Source: Octopus sinensis
Lineage: Eukaryota
DNA length: 64,000 nucleotides
Direction of reading: 5' to 3'
Assembly: GCF_006345805.1 (NCBI RefSeq)
Contig: NC_043012.1
Location: forward strand, 25,110,001 to 25,174,000
Shown here: positions 50,840 to 63,905 of the stretch, piece after piece
Layout: every line of letters begins with the position of its first letter
Position numbering within the stretch: the first letter of the stretch is position 1
Notes under the pieces: generated by a model
Told to the model about the DNA's origin: nothing
What the model saw: only the letters and a program-made list of their open reading frames with translations
Databases searched by the model: none
Program-made: the position numbers and the translations under genes

Positions 50840-52472
50840 AACGCAATAGCACAAAGAAGTTTAAATGTTTCAACGTGTTATCCAATATTTTGAAACTACC
50901 AGCCACTAATTCACAAATTTCTGCACGATCGTTAATTGCAGAAATTTCATTTAGTTTAGATGATAATGCATTGTCACTGATGCCGACGTCATCGCATTTG
51001 TCTCGCTATATTAGAGGTTCGAGGCAAAAGAAATGCCAAGCTCTCTCGATCCCAACCGGAAGAAGTAGGTATATAATACCTGAAGAATATAGATTTGTTG
51101 AAAATGGTGAGAAGTTTTTATTATACAATAGTGTTGAAAATAATCTGCAGAGAATTTTAGTGTTTGGTACATGGAAGCACTCCGTTGGTTACGACGATGA
51201 GGGTTCCGGTTGATCCGAAGCAACGGAACAGCCTGCTCGTGAAATTAACGTGTAAGTGGCTGAGCACTCCACAGACACGTGTACCCTTAACGTAGTTCTC
51301 GGGGATATTCAGCGTGACACAGAGAGTGACAAGGCCGGCCCTTTGAAATAGAGGTACAACAGAAACAGGAAGTAAGAGTGAGAGAAAGTTGTGGTGAAAG
51401 AGTACAGCAGGGATCACCACCATCCCCTGCCGGAGCCTCGTGGAGCTTTAAGGTGTTTTCGCTCAATAAACTCTCACAACGCCCGGTCTGGGAATCGAAA
51501 CCGCGATCCTACGACCGCGAGTCCGCTGCCCTAACCACTGGGCCATTGCGCCTCCACAATGTTTGGTACATAAGCTGGGTTAAATGACCTTGAGAATAAA
51601 AAGGATTGGGCTTGTGATGGTAATTTTAAATGAAGCGCCGGTATATATTATCAGCTATTAACGTTATATATTGTCATACAAACTATTACCATATTAGGCT
51701 TTTTTTTGGTTTTGTTTTGCTATTTCGTAAATCACAAATAACGTACAGAAGGCTTTTTAGCGCTTTGAAAGACTCACATCCACCATTAGAGCCCGAAACA
51801 TTAATGGTTGATTTCGAGAAGGCAGTTATCGATGCTTTCCGTGATATATTTCCACCAACAAATATAACAGATTGTTTATTTTATATGGCTAAGAATATCT
51901 ATCGCCACATTGTGGACATCGGTTTAAAGCCTCGCTATCAAACAGACGCAGAATTTAACAACAAAATCAAATGCTCCACTGTATTAGCATTTCTTCTGGT
52001 ACGTGATGTTATTGATGATTTTCTTGAACTAACTGATGATGAGGAGGATTTCCCCCAAGAATTTGTATCATATTTTGAAACTCACTATATAGGAGCAGAA
52101 TTAGATCAAGGCGAGCGAAGACAAAGTATGCAACCGACTTTTCCCAATGAATTACGGAATGTTGTTGAAAGAACTCAAAATAATATGGTGGAACAAACAA
52201 CACTAGAAGGCTTCAACAATGCAAGGCAAAGCTCCATTACTAACATGCACCCGAATTTCTGGAAACTTATTACGTATTTGAAAAAGGAAGGGACATTGGC
52301 GAGAAAGAAAAAAGTGTGATTTAGTTCGAAGTGATTTAGTTCGAAGTATTTTCTAATGAAGAGAATACGTATTGATATCAACGAAAGGCTTCGGCGGAAA
52401 ATGCTGCCTTACACTCCGACGCAGGAAGGATTTTATTTACGAAGTATTGCTTGGAATTTGCATACATTCTAA
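50840..52472 (+). pseudogene. Mutator-like (MULE) transposase pseudogene interrupted by a SINE
   Basis: IPEEYRFVENGEKFLLY..RILVFGT | WACDGNFK | KSQITYRRLF..MVDFEKAVIDAFRDIFP..ITDCLFY..SYFETHYIG..LEGFNN..HPNFWKLI..YLRSIAWNL*. A possible right end is at ~52754. Confidence 0.88.
51173..51557 (-). mobile_element. Full-length SINE family C (tail type i) with 12-bp TSD
   Basis: TGTTTGGTACAT at 51161-51172 and 51560-51571; minus-strand start GTGGAGGCGCAATGGCCCAGTGGTTAGGG and B-box GGTTTCGATTCCC. Confidence 0.95.
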
Positions 52473-52758
52473 ATTACATTTTGTCAATTTTAAGAGTTTC
52501 ATATGTTTTCAAATAAATTTACACTTCTTAAAATTTATTTTCTAATGTTTGACTTTGAAAAAGACATGTTAAATATATACATAAATATAGTGAATGTATG
52601 TGTACATGTCCATGTGCATCTGCATCTAATATTTATATTGAGTTTCATTCCATAGTGCAACAGAGTGGTTTGTTGAATAAAGATAAAAAAATCAATAATA
52701 TAATTTGTACCAGATTCACATAAGTGCTAGACTAGAATCGATCACCTAGAATCCACAG

Positions 52759-52825
<67 letters not shown>

Positions 52826-52826
<1 letters not shown>

Positions 52827-52985
52827 GATGGAATTTACAAAAAAAAAGACGAAGATAGAAGATAGGTGTATAAACAACAAACAGGTGTATTAGTGTAACA
52901 CACGGGAATGTGAGAAGGTCTTTTACGTTTCGAACCTACGCTCTTCAACTGATAAGAACACAAGAAAATAAACAGAGGGAGAGAG
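52826..52985 (-). mobile_element. Penelope-like short repeat family F
   Basis: Minus: CAGTTGAAGAGCGTAGGTTCGAAACGTAAAAGAC. Confidence 0.65.
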
Positions 52986-53217
52986 AGAGAGAGAGAGAGA
53001 GTAAAAAGGAGAGAGACAGAGATAGAAAACGGTGAAGGGGAGAAGAAAAGAATTAGAGAAAGGATGAGAGAAAAAACAAAAGGGAGAAGGCGAGAGAGAG
53101 AGAGAGAACAGTAAATGATAGAGTCGCAACAAAAGTATTAAGATAATCTTACTTGAAAATGGATGCGTGGCGTTCAATCAAATATTATAAATAATATATA
53201 TACATATATATGTATGT

Positions 53218-53392
53218 ATCGTTGGGGATTTTCTTTCTCCGTCTTCTCTTTCTTGGACCTTTCCTTTTTCTATGTTTCTGAGGAAGAGCTCCGCTCAAAA
53301 CGTTAAATACTCCTTCTTTCTTTCCTGAGCGTCCAATAACACTATACTTGTTCCACGTTGTGTTTTCTCTTTGTTCATGTTTGGATTAACTA
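53218..53392 (+). mobile_element. Penelope-like short repeat family E
   Basis: CTGAGGA-A-GAGCTCCGCTC-AAAACGTT at 53278-53304 (G12->A); ends GGATTAACTATATA. Confidence 0.7.
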
Positions 53393-53608
53393 TATATATA
53401 TACATATACATATATATGCATATATACATACATATATGTACCTTTGTTTCTCTCGTTGTTTACTTACCCAACGTTATTTTCGTATTTCATGTTTAAGTTT
53501 TGTGACATCCTGTACCCATATATGCATATCTCTATACATATATATGTATGTATGTACATATATTTACGTATATATGCATATATACATACATATATATGTA
53601 TATTATTG

Positions 53609-53651
<43 letters not shown>

Positions 53652-53684
53652 TATATATATATATATTATATATATATATATTAT

Positions 53685-54650
53685 ATTAAAACTGAGAATG
53701 TGTATCTGTCTGTCTGTCTGTGTGTTTCCCTAAAACCTGAGAACTACACAACCAATTTCATTCAAATTTTACACATGCCTTATTTAGGGTCCATGTAGGT
53801 TCATGGGCAAAAAAAACGTTCAACTTCTTGCCTAGGGCGAGCCCATACCAATATCATATCTTCTCCACTATTTCAGTATTACGTGTTAAAAGTGAAACAA
53901 AAACATTTCTCTATTTTATGTCAGATACTTTCACTTTAACAATAAAAATTAGAGATAATAATAATAACAATTGAATTATATGTAGTAAGTAATAATTAAA
54001 ATCAAACTAAAGTATAAAATAATCGTAACATAACAAAAGAAAAATAGCAATTGGTATAAAATTGCATCAATGACTTGAACTTGAATAAGTGGTTTCACAT
54101 GAATGGGAATAAATTAAAAATAAAATTAATGCGCAGAAATGGAATAGCCCATTAAATTAAAGAAAAGACTATTGTCTATAAAGTATACAATGTAGAGAAA
54201 AAAAAAAGATTTGAACACCTGAAGGAAAGCACCATCGAAAAGTGTCTTGGTGCGACTATGAAAGATATCAAGTATCTAACCAGAGGCGGTAAATTCGCCA
54301 CAATAGAAGCAACGGAGCGTGTAAGGGAGTACACGACTGGAACCTTGCAAAATGGAAATATTTTACTTTTACCTTTATATCTGGAACGTAGGACGTCCCG
54401 GATAAAAATTTAAAATGTCCCCCCAGAAGTAAAGGTAGGCTGGATTGTAGCCACAAGAGGGAGGACAAGATACAATTGATCGAAATTGCAAGAGACGGGC
54501 CTACAATTCCAGTCTGTTATATATTTTGAGTATTGTTATCACTAACGATATCAAGATATAACTTTGTATTTTGTATTTTGTGTAGATGTATATATATAGA
54601 TGTACACATATATAGACACATGTACTAGCACTTGACCCGGCAACGCCGGG

Positions 54651-54653
<3 letters not shown>
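53685..54653 (+). mobile_element. Probable non-autonomous Helitron
   Basis: 5' part (GTCT)n...CAACCAATTTCATTCAAATTTTACAC resembles 17120-17215; perfect 8-bp hairpin TGACCCGG-CAACG-CCGGGTCA at 54633-54653; termini blurred by (TA)n. Confidence 0.55.
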
Positions 54654-54696
<43 letters not shown>

Positions 54697-54789
54697 ATAA
54701 GTTTGATTGAACGTTGAACGCAACGCGTCCATTTTCAAGTAAGTTTATCTTATTATTTTTGATGCGAATCTACCCTTTACTTGTTTTCT

Positions 54790-54837
<48 letters not shown>

Positions 54838-55338
54838 TTTCGTTTTCTCTCCCATCCTTTCTCTAATTCTTTTATTCCCTTCATGGTACTTATTCTATCG
54901 ACCCTAAAAAGGGAAGGAAAACTCGTCTTTAGCATAAATTGACTCAGAGCATAAAAACTATTTTGCTCGGCGCGGTAACGACTCTGCCAACTCGCAGCCT
55001 TATAATCTTAAAATATAAATTTTGATGATTAGTAAGGGAATCATTATCTGTGTCGAATGGTTGTAAAAGATTTGTTCTGTGTAGGAAACCGGCAAAGAAC
55101 ATAACAAAAATCTATTTCTTTGCAGCACATCAAACGCTTCGATTTCATTGTACACAAACCTTTTAGTAGAAATGTTTACATTCTAAATGTAAACGAGCAG
55201 ATGTCTTTCTAAATGGCTCGTTTAATTATTCTGGTAATGAAACTGCGAATTTCAGAGAAGAAAAGATCCTGAGAGGATGTTGCAGCTTACGTATAACATA
55301 AAATGTATTGTTAGCTAATTAGCAATTAAAATAAGGAA

Positions 55339-55397
<59 letters not shown>

Positions 55398-55486
55398 TTA
55401 TCTATCTATCTCTATATATATATTTATCTATCTATATATATATATCGGTCTGTCTGTCTGTCTCCCCCCCTCTCTCTCTCTCTCGC

Positions 55487-55541
<55 letters not shown>

Positions 55542-56404
55542 TAGCGTGAGATTTATATTTATATGTAAATATATATATATGTATATAAATCTCTCATTCT
55601 CTTGATTTATGTATATATGTGCGTGTTTGTGTGTATGTAAGCTGTTGTAATACTGGTAGAAGAAGTGGGTGGGGATGCTGAAGTTTTGATATGTATGAAT
55701 GATTTGAATAGCATCATTAAATATAGTCTTGAACGCTACAAAGCCCCAGGTGGTTTCCAGAAAGTGTAGATGTGAAGAAAGAGTGTTTGTAGTATATGCA
55801 AATTACGCTGACGGAAACAGCGGGCGTTTGTTAGCTTATCAAATTGGGTTCTTCTGTGAATTCTAACTCAGATCTACTTGAAGTAAACATACTGTAGCCG
55901 CCAGATGATAAAGAGAATATTTACAAATAAAACCAAAAATGGTAAGCGAGAATAAAAAATAATTTCCAAGAAGAGAATAGAAATATTGCTAGCCTTTAGA
56001 ATGTTCTAAATAATGGCATCAAACTGACATTTTTGATAGAGAATACAACTCCTGGATATCTCTTTATCGAATCATATGGAGTAAAACGTTTGGCGAAAGC
56101 AGAGAAAAGAAAGAAAAAACAGCGGTAACAAAGATTTGAGGTTTACTCAGTACATGTAATTTTTATTGTTTTGTTCCAATGTTTGATAGATTTTCGAAAA
56201 AAACAAGTGGGGTGTGAAAAAGGAGAATTAGCTGCATCCTTAAAAGAGGAAAAAAATATCCATTAATTTTTTGCATACAATCTATATTTCATTCAATTAT
56301 GTGCCAATAGCTAAAATAGTTCTGATTGTCGATGGCGCTTATGAATTTCTCCAGAAATGCCTGGTGGTGTTTGGTTTGAAACAATGGACTAGGAAATAAT
56401 GGTT

Positions 56405-57000
56405 TCAAATTTTGATACAATACCAGCAATTTCGGGGAAGGGAAGAAAGTCAATTATACCGCCCCCACCATCGTAGTACAAGTGGTACTTATTTTATCGA
56501 CACCCAAAAAACGGAATGCAAAGTTGACCACGGTGGCATTTGAACACAGAACGCGAAATTGGGAAAATGCCGCTAAACATTTTCTTCCGGCGAGGTAACG
56601 ATTCTGACAATATGCGGCCTTGGATCAGTAAATATTGCCCATTTCAAATTTTGGCAAAAAGCTAGGAATATCAGGGGAGGGGAATAAGTCAATTACATCG
56701 AAGCCCAGTACTCAACTGGTACTTATTTCATCGACCTCCGAAAGGATGAAAGGTAAATTCGACCTCGGCGGAATTTGAACTCAACACGTAAAAACTAGCG
56801 AAATACCGCTGAGCATTTTCACGGTGTGCTAACGATTTCGCCAACAGTAAATGACTTACACAAGTTTGCGTGATGGCAGAATCGTTAACAGGTTGGACAA
56901 AATGTATTGAAACTTTAGATTTCAGCGAGGGCAACTTTGCCTTTCATCCTCTCGAGATCGATAAAATACCATACCAAACAAGTATTCGTTTCTTACTAAT
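56405..57000. mobile_element. Cluster of old SINE family B copies (two minus, one plus)
   Basis: GTACTTATTT(T/C)ATCGAC..GAAAG..AAAG..GACC..GGCGG.ATTTGAAC repeated; inverted copy with TGGCAGAATCGTTA...TTGCCTTTCATCC. Confidence 0.7.
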
Positions 57001-57153
57001 CAACTTGCCCCCATCCCTTCAAAATTGCTCGCCTTGAGCCCTGCAAAAGATCAGCGACTCGTTCAGGGGCAAGTTATGATCTCGGTTACTTGAATGCTAG
57101 GGGTTACCTGCCTGATGTCTCCTAGGGCCCGAGAAAAATATATTATAACAATA

Positions 57154-57324
57154 GGCGCAGGCGTGGCAGTGTGGTAAGGAGCTTGCTTCGCAACAACATG
57201 GTTCTGGGTTCTGTCCCACTGCGTGACACGTTGGCCAAGTGTCTTCTGATATAGCCTCGGGCCGACCAAAGTCTTGTGAGTGGATTTGGTAGACGAAAAC
57301 TGCAAGAAGCCCGTCGTATATATA

Positions 57325-57358
<34 letters not shown>

Positions 57359-57670
57359 ATATGTATGTATATGTATGTATATATATATATATATGTATAT
57401 GTGTATGTGTGCATATATATATATGTATATGTGTGTGTGTGTGTGTATGTATATTTGTGTGTATATGTTTGTGTGTCCGTTTGTCCCGCCAGCATCGCTT
57501 GACAACCGATACTGGTCTGCTTACGTCCCCGTAACTTAGCGGTTCACCCAAAGAGACCGACAGAATAAGTACCAGGCTTACAAAGAATAGACTCTGGGGT
57601 TGATTTGCTCGACTATAAAGGCGGTGCTCCAGCATGGCCGCAGTCAAATGACTGAAACAAGTAAATGAGT
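57154..57670 (+). mobile_element. SINE family A with expanded internal microsatellite
   Basis: GGCGCAGGCGTGGCAGTGTGG...; ~160-bp TA/TG array inside; ...ATGACTGAAACAAGTAAA. Confidence 0.9.
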
Positions 57671-58554
57671 ATATGTGCTGTGTATGAACGTTCGTGCTTC
57701 GGTTGCCCCGATATGCTTACGAACTCAATACGGTCATACAAAATATAAGCCAATACCTGACATAGTTGTGCTACACCTAACACGCAATCCGAATCCCTAT
57801 AATTAGAAAGATAAGAAAATTTAGCTGCTCGACATCTTTCTATAAAATCCAAGAACTGAATATTCTCAAACTCCCACACATAACGTAACAATGTTCATTT
57901 ACTTTTAACGTCAGACGCAGATTATCGCGAACGTCAACAAATTATAAATGTATTTATAAAGTTATTCATAAGACCCACCAGGAGGTGTAACATTTTATTT
58001 ATCATAAATTTCTAAAGAATTTTTCAATTCACAAACCAACAGTTTACATATATTTGTACATTCACAGGTTCACAACAAAGGCTTTCGTAAAAGTTTAATA
58101 GAAATCTTCGTAAGAACTTCTCATAGAAACATTTCTATAGATAGTGAAATCGAATCTACAATTTCTTCCATGGAATACAAAAGAATATGTACTCTATGTT
58201 TCGTCATGAACTGGAAATATATGAAGAATGAGAGAGTGGGAGATAGAAATCAAGCGAGAGACACATACAGGATGAGGGGGAGGAAAGTATTGAGAGAGAT
58301 TTCGTATTCGATGACTTTTCGTATTCGACGATAAACAATTCTGTTGAGATTATTTATTGATAGAATTTTTGGATAAACAAAGACGTCACTAGCTGTGAGG
58401 TTAAGAAGCATAACTTCTTATAGCCTCGCCAGGGGTTCGATCACGTTGTTATTAGTGTTGGGCAAGTTATTTTTACCAGTGTATTAAGATAGACTACTGT
58501 CTCATCAGATGAAATTAGATCGAAGAAACTGAATGAAATCTGCCCACTTTGCGT

Positions 58555-58754
58555 ATAGTTGGAATTTACAAAACAACAAAAGACGAAGACAGGTATGTAA
58601 ACAGCAAACAGGTGTATTAATTTAACGCTAGTGAAGTGAGAAAGTATTTTACGTTTCGAGCCTACGTTCTTCAACTGTAAGAAACACGAAAAAAGAAAGA
58701 GAGAGAGAATTAAAAAATAAAGAAAGCTTTAGTAGCCAGCAGTGAACCATGGCG

Positions 58755-58755
<1 letters not shown>
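58555..58755 (-). mobile_element. Penelope-like short repeat family F
   Basis: Minus: CAGTTGAAGAACGTAGGCTCGAAACGTAAAATAC. Confidence 0.65.
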
Positions 58756-58837
<82 letters not shown>

Positions 58838-59414
58838 AAAGTCTTTCAGAAAATAAAATTAACTTTAACTTAACTTAGACCATATAACGCACGCAAAACC
58901 ATACAATATCGTTTCCAGCAGAAGCCGTCTTTGCTTCGTAGAATCCCTGTCTATTCTGTGGACTAATGAGAAGATTATTAATAGAATTTCTGAAAGACCC
59001 ACAGGGTGCCTACACGCATATAAATGTACTTTCGCACAATGCACTGGGAATAAATTTGAGTAACTGTTAAAAATAATTTACTTTAAGGTATGAATGAATT
59101 AAGTTTAGTTTTAACTTCCCCGTTCTTATAAATGCCAAGTAGGTATTTAACTCGCTTTTTGATCGCGAGTGCACCAAAACCACACTTGTGTGTATGCTTG
59201 TATGAGATAATGTACGCGCGCGACGGGTTTTATACATCTATATCTGTTAACGATTATTTCAAATACTTCTCTTGCTGTGTTGCGTGTTCGATTCTCCTTT
59301 TGCATCTGTGATTTGATTTTTGATTTTGTATGTAGATAGAGATATTCCTTCGTTTTGCTACGAAATGAGAAGAATTATTGCGGAACGGTTATTTTAATGA
59401 GTAGTATGAATTTT

Positions 59415-59520
59415 ATCACCTGATGAGACACATCTGCACCGCCGGATGCTTCTGAACCAGTTATTAAGTGTTCCGCCTGTGAGGGATCGATGCTAGATCT
59501 GTCGAAACAATTGCCGTGAT
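59415..59520 (+). ncRNA. Type I hammerhead-like motif with extended stem II and GCC at the cleavage triplet
   Basis: AUCAC-CUGAUGA-GACA.AUCU.GCA...UGC.AGAU.UGUC-GAA-ACAAUUG-CC|GUGAU, followed by AATAAA. Confidence 0.62.
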
Positions 59521-59723
59521 TAATAAAAAAAAATTCTCGTATATTCCATCTTCTGTCTTTCATTTACCGTATACATAAGGAACACTGAAAGTGGCCGTGC
59601 TTTACCAGTAAGCTACCAGGTGTAAACCATTCGTTTTATTACTTAATAATAATAATAATAATAATAATATAATAATAATAATAATAATAATTATATATAT
59701 ATATATATATTATATATATAATA

Positions 59724-59771
<48 letters not shown>

Positions 59772-59915
59772 CAAACTAACACAGACACACACAAATACGA
59801 CGGGCTTCTTTTAGTTTCTGTCTACAAAATACATTCACAAGGCTTTGGTCCGCCCGAGGCTACAGTATAAGATACTTGCCCGAGTTGCCACCAGTGAGAC
59901 TGAACCCAGAACTGT
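59772..59915 (-). mobile_element. SINE family A fragment
   Basis: ACGACGGGCTTCTT...CACAAGGCTTTGGTC...GACTGAACCCAGAAC. Confidence 0.75.
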
Positions 59916-61009
59916 GTGTGTGCGAAAAACTTTGACACGGTGACCAGAAAACTATTGAAGACTCTATACAACTAATGTGTAACTGTGGAGCAAACAATTA
60001 AGCTTTCTCTACTTCACAACTCTTCCTACCTATGAATTACTGAGAGCAGAGAATTTCCCGTCTACGATTATGTGTATATGTGTATGTACCTATATTTTGT
60101 ACATGACTGCAAATCTCTCTATCGAATGACTTTCCTTTATGTCAAAAGCTAACCGAGTCATTGACCAAAGAGCGGTCGACAAAATAACAAACTGAAGTAA
60201 ATGATACAGCTGATGTCATCAGCTAATAAGCGTTCAAGCTGGAACACAAGTATGGCTGCAATCCAAAGACTGGATCCTGTAAAATACTTTCAGAAAGTCA
60301 TCCACCATTTGGTGTTCTCTGAAGGGAATCACTCTCATCAAAACAGATGCAAAATTGCCATGGAAAATACAGAACGTTAATTTTATGGTAGGTTAACCTA
60401 GAAAGCAAAAAACAAATTTATTTTCTATTTTGGAAGCCCAAATAAACGAAATTCCTTTGACCACAGATTTGTGTATCCTTGTTTTAACGGATGCAAAATT
60501 AAAGCAGATTCGGAACATAAACATAATGAATTCAAACAGGGTTTCTGCTGAACTATTAATATTCTCCTTAAAAAGGTATGGAAGCGATATGAGGTTCGGT
60601 GTTATTGATGTTGTTTCGTAGAAACAACACAGAGCAATGGGCACAAAGAGATGCCAAAAGCTGGAACTAATATAATAGATGGTTCATTGCATAATTTTTC
60701 TGATCAATTAAACTCTAATGACATAATTGCCTGAATACTTCGGGGAAATAACTTTGCCTGACACTATTCCGTAATTCAATACACCTTCGCTGGAATGAGG
60801 CGAAATGCGTGAAATATATAATAATAACAACTGCAATAACAACAACAGACAGCAAGAACAACAATAATAAACAGTTTTGATTATAAAAATAATAAAGATG
60901 ACGATATTAATGATAATAACGATAATAATAATTTTGATGATGATCATGAACTCGAAGAGGATCCGGAAGTTATTGATGATAATTATTTCTACTTTAACAA
61001 CTCTAGCAA

Positions 61010-61300
61010 ATGTGGAGGCACATGGCCTAGTGGTTAGAGCAGCGGACTCGCGTTCGAGGGATCGCGGATTCGAAACTCAGACCGAGCGATGTGTGTGTTT
61101 ATGAGCGAAATACCTTAGCTCTACGCAGCTCCGGCAGAGGGTAATGGCGAACTTTTGCTGACTCTTTTAACACAACTTTCTCTCACACTTCACTCCTGAA
61201 TCTTGCAACTCGCGACGGACCGGCGTCCCGGTGGGGAACCTATACGCCAAGAAAGCCGAGAAGCCGGCTCTATGAGCCAGGCGTGGCTCGAGAAGGCACA
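61010..61300 (+). mobile_element. SINE family C head with tail type iii, 14-bp TSD
   Basis: AACAACTCTAGCAA at 60996-61009 and 61301-61314; head GTGGAGGCACATGGCCTAGTGGTTAGAGCAGCGGACTC; tail GCGACGGACCGGCGTCCCG...GGCTCGAGAAGG. Confidence 0.9.
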
Positions 61301-62144
61301 AACAACTCTAGCAATAAATACTAGTCCTATTGGAGGAGCGGTAAAAATATTATATATATGTATATGTATGTATACATATATATATGTATATATATATCCA
61401 TATTATATTCATAAAATGTGCTACATATGTATGTTTGAATATATATATATATATATTATATATATATATATTATATATATATATACATGCATACACATAC
61501 ACACACATCCACACACACATATATATATATATATTTATATATACCTGTATGCATCAAATTCATTCGGATGTTAACCTCATCAGCGTGCACAGGTTATCAC
61601 ATATGAATATAAATTGGAGACCGTTTGTTTTCCAGCTTATATTTACGAACATAAATATGCATAGAGATTATTTTTAATTATCAATTATTTCCCAGTGATT
61701 GTATAAATATTCCCAAGTAGAATAGATGGAGTTAGTCGTTTTATTACATAAATTTAGTTCTTTAATCTGTATATGATCTCAAGTGAATTGTTATATTATT
61801 ATATAATAAATTCAAACAGTATCGTTATAGTGATACAATCGAACTTCGACGCTACAGAGTTATGTGTTAAATACATCCTTTTCCGCCAGTTATATTCTCA
61901 GAAACTGATACTAACAGCCAGCAGCTGCGTTTGCTTATAATTTATCTCAGGGATCTATAATTACGTATATTCTATACAAATTTAACAATAAACTTGAGAT
62001 CAATCTATCGAAAAATAGTAAATATACCTAATAAAACAAATTGCTTACTTTATACTCCTTGTGAATAATTATACACACACACAGATATATAAAATGTATA
62101 TAAACATAAGCATATTTATGAACGCATGTGTGTGTTTATATATG

Positions 62145-62463
62145 GATAGAGCGTCGAACTCACGATCGTGAGGTTGTGAGCTCGAATCCCGGACCGGGCT
62201 GCGTGTTGTGTTCTTGAGCAAGACACTTTATTTCATGTTGCTCCAGTTCACTCAGCAGTAGAAATGAGTTGCGACGTCACTGGTGCCAAGCTGTATCGGC
62301 CTTTTTGCCTTTCCCTTGGATAACCCTGGTGGCGTGGAGAGGGGAGACCGGTATGCATGGGCGGCTGCTGGTCTTCCATAAACAACCTTGCCTTGACTTG
62401 TGCCTGGGAGGGTAACTTTCTAGGTGCAATCCCATGGTCAGTGTCGTGACCGAAGGGGGTCTC
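62145..62463 (+). mobile_element. tRNA-derived SINE (head type D, own tail)
   Basis: CACGATCGTGAGGTTGTGAGCTCGAATCCCGGACCGG...GAGCAAGACAC...GTGACCGAAGGGGGTCTC. Confidence 0.85.
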
Positions 62464-62567
62464 ATATATAGTCGTAACTTCAACCGTATTCTTTCTGTTG
62501 TGAGTTTGCTACCCAGGTATCGGTTATCTTTCGAATTATCCGTAATAAGATAATTCATTTATCTACT

Positions 62568-62598
<31 letters not shown>

Positions 62599-62628
62599 TG
62601 CATTATTATCATCATCATCATCATCATT

Positions 62629-62684
<56 letters not shown>

Positions 62685-62874
62685 CAATATATCATCAATA
62701 GATCATATATCCGAAAAAGAAGATCGCTCTAAAGTATAGAGAAGTAATTATTTCTCATCCACAAAGGGCTTACCCCGATGGACGTCTCGTCAGCCCTTTG
62801 TAGATGTGAAAGCATTGGTCCTTCTATGACCAGACATAGGCTTAATTACATGCATACATACATACATACATACA

Positions 62875-62907
<33 letters not shown>

Positions 62908-63325
62908 GTATATATCTTTAGATATTTTTTATTTCACTTTACATTTCTACATTCATTTTCCTATTTCCCTATACACCCCTTATTTCCTTCCTTTTCCAAA
63001 ATAGCTCCTCATATTGAACTCTAATATTTCCCTCTCTTTAACCAACTCACGTCGTCTCTGATTAAGCGGTATCCAGAAACAGCTGTAAGGCTAGCATTCT
63101 CTTTATAAATACCCTGAAAATTCCACACAGCCCTGGATTTGTTGTCTCATTTTATTTAACATACACACACACACACAAACACACACACACAAACACACAC
63201 ACGCACACACATGTATATAATTATTCATTTAGCTCGAGATTATTTCGTTTTGAATAAATGACTTTTCACAAATAAATATTTTCGCCAGATTCTGTTTATT
63301 CTATTTTTAATATCAGTATTTTACT

Positions 63326-63530
63326 AAGGCGGTGTCTTTGGCACGCTGGTCAGCATGGCCAGTGTCGTTTTGTCCGTTTTCATGTTCTTAATTAAAATTT
63401 CAACAAGGGCAACTCTGGTTTTTATGCTTTCGAGACCAACAAAATAAGTACTATTTGAGAACGAGGTGTCGATGCTATCCACTTACACCCTGCCCTGAAC
63501 TTGGTGCCTTATCCCCAAATTTGAGATCAA
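63326..63530 (+). mobile_element. Old SINE family B remnant
   Basis: AAGGCGGTG...GGCAACTCTG.TTTT.ATGCTTTCGAG..AATAAGTACT..GTCGATG. Confidence 0.5.
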
Positions 63531-63610
63531 TATTAGTACAGAATCAAAACACAAACACACAAATTCATATGCGCGTGGTGTGTAGCGATGCAAATATGTT
63601 GTGTTTACTC

Positions 63611-63649
<39 letters not shown>

Positions 63650-63678
63650 AATAAATATATAAATATATTATATAATAT

Positions 63679-63732
<54 letters not shown>

Positions 63733-63764
63733 TATATATCTATATATATATATATATATATCAG

Positions 63765-63871
63765 CGAAGATGTGGCTGTGTAGTAAATAGCTTGGTTCCA
63801 CTCTAGCCTCGGGCCAACCAAAGCCTTGTGAGTAGATTTGGTAGACGGAAACTGAAAGAAGCCCGTCGTGT

Positions 63872-63905
<34 letters not shown>

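Noticed and set aside
51480-51557. tRNA-like sequences at SINE heads (also 4240-4306, 61011-61090)
   Set aside because: They have A/B boxes but no complete cloverleaf, and continue into repeat bodies with TSDs; these are SINEs, not tRNA genes.
60293-60386. Possible plus-strand exon (TTTCAG|...ATG|GTAGGT)
   Set aside because: Only one open frame, with no recognisable product and no supporting neighbouring exons.
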